Source of the DNA: Longimicrobiales bacterium
GTDB lineage: Bacteria > Gemmatimonadota > Gemmatimonadetes > Longimicrobiales > Gaopeijiaceae
Reading direction: 5' to 3'
DNA: 64,000 nucleotides
Assembly: GCA_965248195.1 (NCBI GenBank)
Contig: CBDFIQ010000002.1
Coordinates: forward strand, 832,001-896,000
Part shown: positions 1 to 9,469 of the stretch, piece by piece
How positions within the stretch are numbered: the stretch's first letter is position 1
Layout: the number at the start of each line of letters is the position of its first letter
Program-made: the position numbers and the translations under genes
The notes under the pieces: model-generated
Seen by the model: the letters and a program-made list of their open reading frames with translations, nothing else
The model's database searches: none
Told to the model about the DNA's origin: nothing

Positions 1-68
1 ACGGCCCAACTGCGTGTCGGTAGGCCGCCCCTCGTAGGCCCGAGCGTCCTCGTGGCTTAGAGGGCCAT

Positions 69-257
69 CTAGCCTTGTCCGACCCGCAGCGCGATCCACA
101 ACAGGCCGTCCCCGATTAGAGCCGTTACGATCCCGGCATAAGCCCATCTAATCTGACCGGTCATGAACGAGCCGGGCAGGATGTTGATCCCCTGCAGAAT
201 CCAGACAGCCCCGGTGACGAGGAGAAGAACTGAGACGACTATCAGTGTGATTCTCAT
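69..257 (-). CDS. small hypothetical membrane protein (62 aa)
   Basis: ORF with two hydrophobic segments (MRITLIVVSVLLLVTGAVWIL...; WAYAGIVTALIG..LLWIAL). Confidence 0.6.
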   Translation of the reverse strand: MRITLIVVSVLLLVTGAVWILQGINILPGSFMTGQIRWAYAGIVTALIGDGLLWIALRVGQG

Positions 258-310
258 GTCTTCCAGCGCGCAGACTTGCTCACTTTGTTTCTTGGAGTCC
301 TAGCTTACTA

Positions 311-1123
311 GGGCCTGTTAACACTATCTGAGGGCTTCGACGATGAGCGCGAAGTGGATGAAGGCGGTAAACATCACGTCGAGCTTGTCAAAGCGGGAGA
401 AGATTCTTCTGAAGCCTTTGAGTCGCCGAAATAACCGCTCTATTTCGTTACGACGGCGATACATGACTCGGTCATACTGCCACGGGTTAACACGGCCCTG
501 CTTGGGTGGCACGACCGGCGTAAACCCCAGCTCCAACACCAATTGCCGTGTTTCGCCCCCCTCGTACGCCCGGTCCATGATCATGGACACTGTGGAATGT
601 ACCGGCTTCAACGTGCGTAGCAGTTCCCGTCCTTCCGGCGCGTCGTGCTTGTGGCCTGGCGATAGCGAGAAGGTTATCGCGGTTCGAGCATCTGCGGCAA
701 CCATATGAATCTTGGTGGTCCAGCCTCCACGCGACTTGCCGATGGCCTGCGGGCCGTTTTTTTTAGAGCGCCGGTGCCATCAGGGTGCACCTTGACGATG
801 GTACTGTCGATCGACAGAGCTTGGATCTTGATCCGGATAATTTGCTCGTCTTGCAGGGCCGCAAAGACACGATCCAGCACACCTGCCCTGGCCCAGCGAT
901 TCATTCGGGTGTAGATCGTATGCCAGTTACCGAAACGCGGAGGCAACCCCCGCCATTTGCAGCCGTGTTCGGCCACATACAGGATCGCGTTAAGCACTTC
1001 GAGATTGGAGATGCTCACATTGCCGCGCTGATGCGGAAAGCAAGCCTCTATCCGACGATATTGGGACTCTGTGATTTTCATAGCCCCAATATACTACAAA
1101 TTGCCCTTAGTGTTAACAGACCC
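311..1123 (-). mobile_element. IS5-family insertion sequence (IS427-group-like), 813 bp, copy 1
   Basis: 16-bp terminal IRs GGGCCTGTTAACACTA (311-326) / TAGTGTTAACAGACCC (1108-1123) with one mismatch; TA duplication within a CTAG target; second copy at 35586-36398. Confidence 0.92.
324..1081 (-). CDS. IS5-family transposase, split orfA (674-1081) / orfB (324-704), joined by a probable -1 frameshift
   Basis: orfA has GCKWRGLPPRFGNWHTIYTRMNRW and IDST; A8 run on the minus strand (T757-T764) shifts into NGPQAIGKSRGGWTTKIHM; orfB has MDRAY and YRRRNEIERLF. Confidence 0.88.
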
Positions 1124-1160
1124 TAGTACCCAATCACGCAGAGACGTCTCCCAAGATCGG

Positions 1161-1275
1161 GCCTGCCATCCTCTGATTAGGGATGCGCCTAACGTCTCTG
1201 CGATTCTGATCTTATAAGGCGAAAGGCTGACCTCACTCGAGCGTGGCGTTACGCTGATCTTGCTCAAAGGCCTGC
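1161..1275 (+). ncRNA. putative IS110 bridge RNA (target-binding and donor-binding loops)
   Basis: 5' hairpin ~1167-1185; stem CGCCT/AGGCG (1186-1190/1217-1221) encloses ACGTCTC and GATCTT; second stem-loop 1224-1273 encloses CTCAC, an AGCGT/ACGCT hairpin and GATCTTG; these match the element junctions; ends approximate. Confidence 0.7.
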
Positions 1276-1300
1276 GGCACCCAACCCAAGGAGGCCAGCC

Positions 1301-2338
1301 ATGTTTGTCGCAGGAATCGATGCTCACGCAACGTATTCGGTGATCGCCATCGTGAGCAACACAGGTCAGCTCGTTGCCGGACCCATCCGGATCAAGAACA
1401 CGCAAGAGGATCGGCTCAATGATCTACTGGAGCAGTATCAGCCCCTGGAGGTGGTCGTCGAGACGAGTCCGGCCTGGCCGTGGCTCTTCGATCGACTCCA
1501 AGAGCGGGGGATCGACTTCGTGCTCGCTCACGCCAAGCGGCTCCGAGTCATCGCCGAGTCCAACTACAAGAGTGACGACATCGACGCCGAGTTGTTGGCG
1601 CGTATGCGACTCGCGGGCCTCATCCCCGAGGTCCATCCGAAGTGCGTCGAGCAGCGGGAGCAGGCGGTACTGCTACGCAACCGGGCACGACTCGTACGCG
1701 AACGCACACGCATGGTGAACCGCATCCATGCCCAGATCCACAACGTCGGGCTTCATCTGGAGCGTGGGCGTCTGCTCACCCAGGATGGACGCCAGTGGGT
1801 GCATGACGTGGCGTGGCCGCTGCTCGGAGCCGAGCGGCGTCTGTTCATCGACATGCAGTGGGAACTCATCGATCAACTCGTACCGATGATCAAAACCCTC
1901 GATCGCAGAGTGGAACACGTAGGCCGCAAGGTCCCCGCTGTAGCTCTGCTCGAGACCATCCCGGGCGTCGGTTCCTATCGGGCATTGCTCATCGCCACCG
2001 AGACGTTGCCCATCAAACGATTTCGTACACCGGGGCACCTGGTCAGCTACGCCGGTCTAGCCCCTCGCTCCTCACAGTCAGGGCTCCGGCCCATCCGCCA
2101 CGGATCGATCCCCGCCGGGGCCAACCGTTGGCTGAGGGGCACCTTCGTCCGGACCGTCGTGAGCCACGTCACTCACGCGCCCGACAGCTGGCTATCACAG
2201 TCGTACGAACTGATCAGGCAACGGCTCGGGTGGCAGGTCGCTCGGGTCGCTACCGCTCGGCGCCTCGCTCGTGCTGTGCACGCGATGCTCCGTACGGGTG
2301 AGGTCTGGCACGATGAACCCGTGGCTCGATCAAACTGA
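1301..2338 (+). CDS. IS110-family transposase/recombinase (345 aa)
   Basis: RuvC-like DEDD motifs GIDAH, VVETS, KSDDIDA; C-terminal TIPGVG and YAGLAPRSSQSG; RBS AAGGAGG at 1288-1294. Confidence 0.93.
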   Translation: MFVAGIDAHATYSVIAIVSNTGQLVAGPIRIKNTQEDRLNDLLEQYQPLEVVVETSPAWPWLFDRLQERGIDFVLAHAKRLRVIAESNYKSDDIDAELLARMRLAGLIPEVHPKCVEQREQAVLLRNRARLVRERTRMVNRIHAQIHNVGLHLERGRLLTQDGRQWVHDVAWPLLGAERRLFIDMQWELIDQLVPMIKTLDRRVEHVGRKVPAVALLETIPGVGSYRALLIATETLPIKRFRTPGHLVSYAGLAPRSSQSGLRPIRHGSIPAGANRWLRGTFVRTVVSHVTHAPDSWLSQSYELIRQRLGWQVARVATARRLARAVHAMLRTGEVWHDEPVARSN

Positions 2339-2805
2339 GATGACACACGATGATGGACCGTACCACGACAGGGGTGAGCTCCGCGCGCAGCATGTCGCAC
2401 GACGACCCTCAGATTCTGATTGAGCCCCCCGCTCGCATAGCAGATCTTCGGACATCCCCGCGCTGGGATGAAACCTGAATAGATGCCTGAGTTCCTCGTG
2501 AGAGGAGACTCACCCAAGATCGGACGCGACGTTGGTACTGAAGGATGAAAAACGGAAGATGATCACGCAGGCCTTGAGCTACAGACCAGTGGACCGAGCC
2601 ACCCCTCCGGGACCCCGGACGGGTAAGGGAGGGCTACGCCCTGTTGACTCCCTTCACCTTATAGATGTTGCGCGTCAATGTGCCGACCAGAAGCGAAGCG
2701 CGCGAACAGCTTTCGCTTTCAAGTCTTCTCGGTACCGCTTCTCCTGGGACCATCTGGTGCTTCCAGAGGGCCAATAGATCCGGCCCTCTTCGTCCATCTG
2801 ATCTA

Positions 2806-2925
2806 TCACGGATGGAAGGTAAGCCCAGTGCCTACCACCATGGCTACACCCAGAATTAGGTAGCCGACTACGACCATCGTGATGCCACCAAGAACCATTC
2901 CAGTCACCAGCTTCTTCGTGTCCAT
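2806..2925 (-). pseudogene. short hydrophobic ORF (MDTKKLVTGMVLGGITMVVVGYLILGV..., 39 aa), possibly a truncated membrane-protein gene
   Basis: GGAGG RBS upstream of the ATG on the minus strand; hydrophobic; lies between two IS elements. Confidence 0.3.
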
Positions 2926-3102
2926 TCTGGCCTCCGTTCAGGAGTTGATCAGACTACGACTGCATGCCCCCCTGTCGAACGCTGCACCAAGTCTTCGACC
3001 CAGTTTGAAAGGAGGGTTCGGAACCCCCGCCCTCTCTGCCAACGTACGTGAGACACGGAGCACGCAAAGAATTAGAGTAGGGCGAAGGCAGAGAAAACGA
3101 AC

Positions 3103-3552
3103 ATGTTGGGACTGCGAGAGAGAATGGAAGAGAATGGTAGTGCCCCTGGAATCGGGGAGGCCAAGCGAAGCGCGGCAGCTCCTGCGGACCCGGAGGTAGT
3201 AGATAGGCCGCTACGCCGGCGGTTCAGTCCATCGTACAAGCTGCGGATCGTCGAAGAAGCGGACCGGTGCACCGAGCCCGGCGAGGTGGGTCAGCTCCTG
3301 CGGCGCGAGGGCCTGTACTCGTCGCACCTGACGACGTGGCGCAAGGCGGCGCATAGCGGGTCGCTGAAGGCCCTGTCGAAGAAACGCGGCCGCAAGCCGG
3401 AGCGGAATCCGCTGGATGAGAAGGTACGCAAGCTGGAGCGGCAAAACGCACGGCTCGAGAATGAGCTCAGGAAGGCACACCTGATCATCGACGTGCAGGG
3501 AAAAGTTGCGGGGCTGCTGGGGATAAGCCTCGACGACGGGACGAACTCTTGA
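3103..3552 (+). CDS. IS3-family transposase OrfA (HTH)
   Basis: RRRFSPSYKLRIV...LLRREGLYSSHLTTWR plus coiled-coil C-terminus. Confidence 0.88.
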   Translation: MLGLRERMEENGSAPGIGEAKRSAAAPADPEVVDRPLRRRFSPSYKLRIVEEADRCTEPGEVGQLLRREGLYSSHLTTWRKAAHSGSLKALSKKRGRKPERNPLDEKVRKLERQNARLENELRKAHLIIDVQGKVAGLLGISLDDGTNS

Positions 3553-4556
3553 AGGCGGCCGATGAGCTGGCTAAGCACGTCGGTGTAAAACCGGCGTGCG
3601 CGGCTCTCGAGGTCTCCCGATCGACGTTCTACCGTCGTCGAGGCCCATCGACCGGGCAACGGCAGCCCCGCCCGACGCCCGCCCGGGCATTGAGCGAGAC
3701 GGAACGAGGCGAGGTCTTCGACACGCTGTGTTCGGAGCGGTTCGTGGACCGCTCACCCGCCGAGGTGGTGGCCACGCTGCTCGACGAAGAGGTCTACCTG
3801 TGCAGCGAACGCACGATGTATCGTGTTCTGGCCTCCGAGGTGCCGGTTCAGGAACGCCGGGCGCAGCGCACCCATCCCGAGTACAAGAAGCCCGAGTTGA
3901 TGGCCACGGCGCCGAACCAGGTGTGGTCCTGGGATATCACGCGGCTACTCGGGCCGAAGAAGTGGAGCTATTACTACCTCTACGTCATCATGGACATCTA
4001 CAGCCGCTACGTCGTGGGCTGGATGGTGGCGGACCGGGAGAACTCGGCCCTGGCCGGCCGGTTGATCCAGCAGAGCTGCCTGAAGCATGGCGTCCAGCCC
4101 CGGGTCCTGACCCTGCACTCGGATCGGGGAGCTCCAATGACGAGCCAATGCACCGCTCAACTTCTCGCTGACCTCGGCGTGACTCGCTCGTTGAGCCGGC
4201 CTCAGGTGTCGGATGACAACCCGTTTTCCGAGGCTCAGTTCAAAACCTTGAAGTACCATCCCTCGTTTCCCGGGCGGTTCGGGGATCAGGGCCAGGCCAA
4301 GACGTTGTGTCGATCGTTCTTCCGCTGGTACAATGCCGAGCACCGCCATGGCGGTATCTCGATGCTAACCCCCGAGCAGGTCCACTTCGGGAACGCCGAT
4401 CAGGTCATTGCCGGCAGGAAATCCGTGCTCCGCGAAGCATGGGCCGCTCATCCCGAACGCTTCGTCACAGGTGTGCCGAAGCCCAAACCGCTCCCGGAGG
4501 CCGTCTACATCAATCCTCCCATCCCTTCCCTCACCACACAGGATATTGCTCTCTAA
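3549..4556 (+). CDS. IS3-family transposase OrfB (DDE integrase core)
   Basis: PNQVWSWDIT, LHSDRG, DNPFSEAQFKTLK motifs; TTGA overlap with the orfA stop. Confidence 0.92.
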   Translation: MKAADELAKHVGVKPACAALEVSRSTFYRRRGPSTGQRQPRPTPARALSETERGEVFDTLCSERFVDRSPAEVVATLLDEEVYLCSERTMYRVLASEVPVQERRAQRTHPEYKKPELMATAPNQVWSWDITRLLGPKKWSYYYLYVIMDIYSRYVVGWMVADRENSALAGRLIQQSCLKHGVQPRVLTLHSDRGAPMTSQCTAQLLADLGVTRSLSRPQVSDDNPFSEAQFKTLKYHPSFPGRFGDQGQAKTLCRSFFRWYNAEHRHGGISMLTPEQVHFGNADQVIAGRKSVLREAWAAHPERFVTGVPKPKPLPEAVYINPPIPSLTTQDIAL

Positions 4557-4803
4557 TTAATCCCGTAGAGTGTCCCATTGTCGTTGACAGGTTCCGCCGG
4601 ACGCAACCATTTGTTGGACGCCCCTCACACTAAACGATGAGGGCTCTCTGTCTCACCCCGAACGTTGGGGTGGCCGTTACTGTGGGTCCGTACTCTTGGG
4701 TTGCCCACTTCGGTCCTGCCCTTCACATTATCCTGACCCGTCAGAGGGCTGTTTGAAAAGAGTGCCGGTCAGAGTCGTGAATCCCGCTGGATTGGAGGGT
4801 GAA

Positions 4804-5895
4804 ATGAGCAAGGGTATGGCGATGGTGGATCAAGGTCATGAAGTGGTGTCGCGTCGCTCCGTCCTGATTTTCGCTTTTCTCTGCGTAACCGCCGCGCCGG
4901 GCGTCGTCTCGACCGCTGCGGCCCAGAACAGAGCTTCCAACGCCGGCCAGTGGGAAGTCCCCAGAACACCCGACGGCCATCCGGATCTTCAGGGGAACTG
5001 GACGAACCAGTCCATCACTCCCATCCAACGTCGAGAGGACCAGGAGGGTCCGGTCTACACGCCGGAAGAGGTCGCTGAGATAGAACAGGGTTATGTGGAC
5101 CGCACCGTCACTGGTGCCCAGCCGAGCGACCCGGATCGTCCGCCACCGCCACCCAAGGAGACCATTTCGGCCGCGGACTCGTACAACAACGTCTATTTCG
5201 AGAGGGGTAACCGGGTGGCGATCGTCTACGGAGAACCCAGAACCTCGCACATCACGTTTCCGTCCAACGGCCGGCTTCCCGCGCTTTCGCCAGAGGGCGA
5301 GAGGCGGCGCCAGGAGCGCCGGGATGGCAGGAGCAACTTCGGCCAATACGACCACCCGGAACTGAGACCATTGGCCGAACGCTGCCTCACTTCATACGGT
5401 TCTCCGGCCGGCCCCCCCATGCTCCCCAACGGCGGTTACAACAGCAACTACACGATCGTTCAAACCCCCGATCACATCATGATCATGACGGAGATGGTCC
5501 ACGACACTCGGATTATCCGCATGGGCGACGGCCCGCGGCTGCCTCCACACATACGTCCGTGGATGGGAGACTCGTGGGGCCACTGGGAGGGTGATGTGCT
5601 CGTGGTCGAGACCAGCAACATCCATCCCCTACAGCCGTATTCCTCGCCAGACATGAAGGTGATCGAGCGGTTCAGCCGCATGAACGAGGAGGCTCTCCTC
5701 TACGAGTTCACGGTCGAAGATCCGTCGACCTACACCGAGTCATGGGGAGGACAGATCCCGATGACGGCGATGCACGACAGGCTCTACGAGTACGCCTGTC
5801 ACGAGGGCAATTACGCGCTCTCGGCCGTTTTGAGCGGTGCGCGTTATCAGGAGAGGATGGAAGCGCAGGGGACGAGCAATTCTAGGGGTAATTGA
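4804..5895 (+). CDS. conserved hypothetical exported protein
   Basis: GGAGG RBS before ATG 4804; SRR plus hydrophobic signal ending AAAQ; motifs PRTPDGHPDLQGNW, GDSWGHWEGDVLVVET, YEYACHEGN. Confidence 0.75.
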   Translation: MSKGMAMVDQGHEVVSRRSVLIFAFLCVTAAPGVVSTAAAQNRASNAGQWEVPRTPDGHPDLQGNWTNQSITPIQRREDQEGPVYTPEEVAEIEQGYVDRTVTGAQPSDPDRPPPPPKETISAADSYNNVYFERGNRVAIVYGEPRTSHITFPSNGRLPALSPEGERRRQERRDGRSNFGQYDHPELRPLAERCLTSYGSPAGPPMLPNGGYNSNYTIVQTPDHIMIMTEMVHDTRIIRMGDGPRLPPHIRPWMGDSWGHWEGDVLVVETSNIHPLQPYSSPDMKVIERFSRMNEEALLYEFTVEDPSTYTESWGGQIPMTAMHDRLYEYACHEGNYALSAVLSGARYQERMEAQGTSNSRGN

Positions 5896-6093
5896 GGGCG
5901 GCTCTAGTCCCCTTCTTGGTCGTCTAGTTCGTGACCATCGCCGTAATTCGGGTAGGTGTTTGAATCCGCCTACCGCCCGAGGCGATTCAGCTTGTGCCTA
6001 GCCTGACGGCACCCTAGAGTAACCGTCGCCCCCAGGAACCGAGGCCTCCCCCCCAGCCTCGAGAAAGTTCATGCCAGAGGAAGGAGCTCCGTC

Positions 6094-6708
6094 ATGGCCG
6101 ACCAAGATCTTCCGGGCGAGGTGATCCTCGACACTCCCTCGGGCGCCTCCGTTCAAAAGGTGGGATTCGCTTCCGCAGCGTCACGGCGAATTGGCTCTGG
6201 CGTCAGAGGACTCGCGAACCTTGTGAAGCTCGAGGTGGTCGTGACGACCGTCTGCTTCTTTATCCCATTCATCGTGTGGTATGGCGATGACTGGAACCTG
6301 CGCGAGCACATCAGCGGCTACTACGCCATGGAGAAGGCCCAGTACTTCTATTTCCCGCTGACTGTGGCCGCGATGCTATTTGTCGTCAACGGTGTCGTGA
6401 GGGAGAAGCACTGGTACAACATCGGGCTAGGCTTGGCGTTGGCCGGTGTCGTCTTGTTCAATCACGTCGACCACTTCCTAATCCACAACTTCAGCGCAGG
6501 GGCGTTCTTTCTTGGAAACGCCCTTGTCTTCGTGATCTTCACGCCAAAGAAGGAGCTTTGGTTCAAGGTCTTTCTGTCGTCCATGATGATCGTGGGGCTG
6601 GCGGGCCATTTTCTGTTTGGCTGGTACTCGTTGTTCGTTGCGGAGACCCTGTCTCTGTGGGTCATCGCGATTCACTTCATTCTCGAAGCGAAGGGCCTCA
6701 TCAAGTGA
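6094..6708 (+). CDS. hypothetical multi-pass membrane protein
   Basis: AAGGAG RBS; about 6 hydrophobic helices. Confidence 0.7.
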   Translation: MADQDLPGEVILDTPSGASVQKVGFASAASRRIGSGVRGLANLVKLEVVVTTVCFFIPFIVWYGDDWNLREHISGYYAMEKAQYFYFPLTVAAMLFVVNGVVREKHWYNIGLGLALAGVVLFNHVDHFLIHNFSAGAFFLGNALVFVIFTPKKELWFKVFLSSMMIVGLAGHFLFGWYSLFVAETLSLWVIAIHFILEAKGLIK

Positions 6709-6852
6709 ACCCATGCTCGCCGACGTCCCTCGTTTTCCTTGCACCCTGCCCAACCGGCGAGCATCTTGTGCGCTGGCTTCGAATCGGGTGCGGTTCACGC
6801 CATCCTCTAGGCGGCGGGCCTACGAGCAGTACGGAACAGCGAGTGGCGAGGT

Positions 6853-7851
6853 GTGTCTGTTTCACCACCCAGGGAGGGCAGCATGCACTCTTCATGGTCC
6901 AGGGGACCGCATTGTTTTAGTCGTGAAGTGACTCCTCGTCGGCGCCGGTTGGGCGCGGTGGCTCTGGCCACGGCGGTTATGGTGGGCGGCCTCACGGGCG
7001 AGGTCATGGGTCAAGAGCGAGCGCCGATCCAGGTGCTCCGGGCGGAGTACGGTGACCCGGTTCTGCGCAGCATCATCGATCTGCACGCCCACTCGGGGCC
7101 GGACGTTCGCGAGCGGGCGATCACCGACTTTGACGCGGCACGCGTCGCGAAGCGAGCGGGGATGCGTGCCATCGTGCTGAAGCACCACGTTTCGGAGTCG
7201 GCTCACCGGGCGCAGATGGTGATGCACGAAGTACCGGGTATCGACGTCTTTGGCGGTATCATCCTGAACCTCGCCGTCGGCGGGATCAATCCCCATGCCG
7301 TTCGGACGATGCTGGGGATGGAAGGCAACCGTGGAAGGGTCGTGTGGCTGCCCACCTGGGATGCGGAAGCCGACGCGAGCCGCCAGAGAGAAAACCGGCC
7401 GGCTGTGCCGATCATGAGGGACGGCGAGCTCGTCCCGGAGCTCGCGGAGATCTTCAGGCTTGTCGCAGACAACGATTTGGTGCTGGCCACCGGACACATC
7501 TCGCCGGATGAGATCCTCGAGGTCCTTCCGGCCGCCCGCCAGGCAGGGGTGCGCCGCATGCTGGTGACGCACGCGCGCTCGAGCATCGAGGATATGAAGC
7601 AGATGGTCGAGGAAGGGGCGATTCTGGAGTGCATCTACAGTGATATCACCGTGTGCGCCTCGAGGATCAAGGCCGTCGGGGCAGAGCACTGGGTGTTGGC
7701 TACCGATCTCGGCCAGCCTGGACGCCCGGGCCACGCCGACGGCTTCAAGACGCTCATCATGCGCATGCGGGACGAGGGCATCACCCAGGACCAGCTGGAC
7801 ATGATGGTGCGGACGACGCCGGCCCGGCTCCTAGGGTTGGAGCCCTGGTAG
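6853..7851 (+). CDS. amidohydrolase-fold metalloprotein (DUF6282-like), likely exported; true start probably downstream
   Basis: DLHAHSGPD, LKHH, ATGHIS, VTHA, ATDLGQ metal-site motifs; RRRR plus hydrophobic N-terminal signal. Confidence 0.7.
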   Translation: MSVSPPREGSMHSSWSRGPHCFSREVTPRRRRLGAVALATAVMVGGLTGEVMGQERAPIQVLRAEYGDPVLRSIIDLHAHSGPDVRERAITDFDAARVAKRAGMRAIVLKHHVSESAHRAQMVMHEVPGIDVFGGIILNLAVGGINPHAVRTMLGMEGNRGRVVWLPTWDAEADASRQRENRPAVPIMRDGELVPELAEIFRLVADNDLVLATGHISPDEILEVLPAARQAGVRRMLVTHARSSIEDMKQMVEEGAILECIYSDITVCASRIKAVGAEHWVLATDLGQPGRPGHADGFKTLIMRMRDEGITQDQLDMMVRTTPARLLGLEPW

Positions 7852-7879
7852 ACGTCCGAGCTCGGTCAGGCGCTGCCGC

Positions 7880-9469
7880 TCATGGTTTCTCGAGACGGGG
7901 CGTGTTCGGGGGTGGACGTCGGTGGCGCGTCGCCTGCTCGAACGCGTAGCCAAGGCCGAACAGCATCTCCTCGGTGAAGGGCCTGCCCAAGAACTCGAGC
8001 CCCACCGGCAGCTCGTCCGTCGTGAACCCCGCCGGGACTGTAAGCGCTGGGAATCCGACGGCAGGACTCAGACTCCGATTGCTGCCCCGGCCGTAGTCGT
8101 CCGCGGGGTCCGGATTCGTCTCGACGTCGGGAGCGATCAGCGTCGGCTGGTGATCGAAGGTCGCGTAGGCGATCGCGTCGAGTGACTCGTCGGCCATGGC
8201 CTTGAGAACGGCCCGCCGTAACTTCTCCCGCTTGTGGATGACCTCCAAGTAACCCAGGTCATCCGTCGATCTCCCGACCAGCCCCATCATGCTGCGCGCC
8301 CGCCAGGGCGTCACGACACCGAGGAGCAAGATCTCACTGAGCGTGGTGACCGGGGCGTTCCCGAGCTCGGCTAGATAGTCGTTCATCGCGCGCTCGGTCT
8401 CGAAGTTGTTCCCGATACCCCGCACGGTTTCCAACTCCGGAATGACCAACGGATCGACGACTTCTGCGCCGAGGGATGCCATGTCCTGGATCGCTTGATC
8501 GATGACGGCCCTCACCTTCTCGTAGTCGTCGGACGAGGGGTCGGTCCCCGAGTCCATCGGCTCACGCAGGATGCCGATACGCGCACCGCGGAGTCGGTCG
8601 GCATCGAGAGAGGCGGTGTAGGTCTCCGGAACTCGTCCCACGGAGTACGCTGTGATCGGGTCCTCCGGGTCATAACCCACCATGACGTCCAAGAGGATGG
8701 CCGCGTCGGTCACCGTACGCGTCATCGGGCCCATGGTGTCCTGGCTCGGATTCGCCGGCATCATGCCGCGCCGGCTCACGAGCTGCAGCGTCGGCCGTAG
8801 TCCGGCGAGGCTGTGCACGGCCGCCGGGCCCCGCACCGATCCACCTGTGTCCTCACCGATCCCGATCATCCCGAAGTTCGCCGCGATCCCCACTGCCGTG
8901 CCGCCCGAAGAGCCACTCGGGTTCCGGTCGGGGTCGTACGCGTTCCGGATCACACCGAACGCCGAGCCCACGTATCGGGACGCGAACTCGCCCATATTCG
9001 TCTTGGCCAGGATGATGGCGCCCGCCTCCTTCAGCCTGGTCACGATGGTTGCGTCTCGGGACGGGATGAAGTCCCGGAAGAGCGCCGAGCCGTACGTGGT
9101 CGGCATGTCACTCGTCTCCACCTGGTCCTTCAGGAGAACGGGTATGCAGTGCAGCGGTCCCACCATCCCGTCGGAGCGCATGGCCCCATCCAGCGCGTCG
9201 GCCTCGTCCAGCGCACGCTCGTTGAGGTGCTGGATGGCGTTGAGCCGCGGGCCCGTCTTGTCGTATGCGTCGATCCGGTCGACGTATGCCTGCACCAAGG
9301 ACCGACAGGTGAGTCGTCCGCTCTCCATCGCGGCATGAGCGTCCTCGATCGTGGCCTCGAGCAGCTCGAAGTCCTGAGCCCTCAGCGAGCCCGCGATGGC
9401 CAGGAGGAGAGCGACGGCGAACAGCCGGAAGGACAGGATGGGTGGTACGCGCTCTAGACGCATGAGCAC
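7880..9469 (-). CDS. amidase signature family protein with signal peptide
   Basis: LLKDQ, PSGSSGGT, GEDTGGSVRGPA (Ser-cisSer-Lys triad). Confidence 0.9.
   Translation of the reverse strand: MLMRLERVPPILSFRLFAVALLLAIAGSLRAQDFELLEATIEDAHAAMESGRLTCRSLVQAYVDRIDAYDKTGPRLNAIQHLNERALDEADALDGAMRSDGMVGPLHCIPVLLKDQVETSDMPTTYGSALFRDFIPSRDATIVTRLKEAGAIILAKTNMGEFASRYVGSAFGVIRNAYDPDRNPSGSSGGTAVGIAANFGMIGIGEDTGGSVRGPAAVHSLAGLRPTLQLVSRRGMMPANPSQDTMGPMTRTVTDAAILLDVMVGYDPEDPITAYSVGRVPETYTASLDADRLRGARIGILREPMDSGTDPSSDDYEKVRAVIDQAIQDMASLGAEVVDPLVIPELETVRGIGNNFETERAMNDYLAELGNAPVTTLSEILLLGVVTPWRARSMMGLVGRSTDDLGYLEVIHKREKLRRAVLKAMADESLDAIAYATFDHQPTLIAPDVETNPDPADDYGRGSNRSLSPAVGFPALTVPAGFTTDELPVGLEFLGRPFTEEMLFGLGYAFEQATRHRRPPPNTPRLEKP

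Larger units (their letters stand above)
1151..2515 (+). mobile_element. IS110-family element (no terminal IRs; probable CC core at the junctions)
   Basis: CCCAAGATCGG directly repeated at 1150-1160 and 2513-2523 around an IS110 recombinase gene; exact crossover point inferred. Confidence 0.8.
3037..4589 (+). mobile_element. IS3-family insertion sequence
   Basis: imperfect IRs TGCCAACGTACGTGAGACAC (3037-3056) / GTGTCCCATTGTCGTTGACA (4570-4589); orfA plus orfB; ends may extend to 3019/4596. Confidence 0.8.

Noticed and set aside
1150..2523. 11-bp direct repeat read as a classical target-site duplication
   Set aside because: IS110 recombinases do not make TSDs; the repeat is better explained by a shared core plus similar right target and donor arms.
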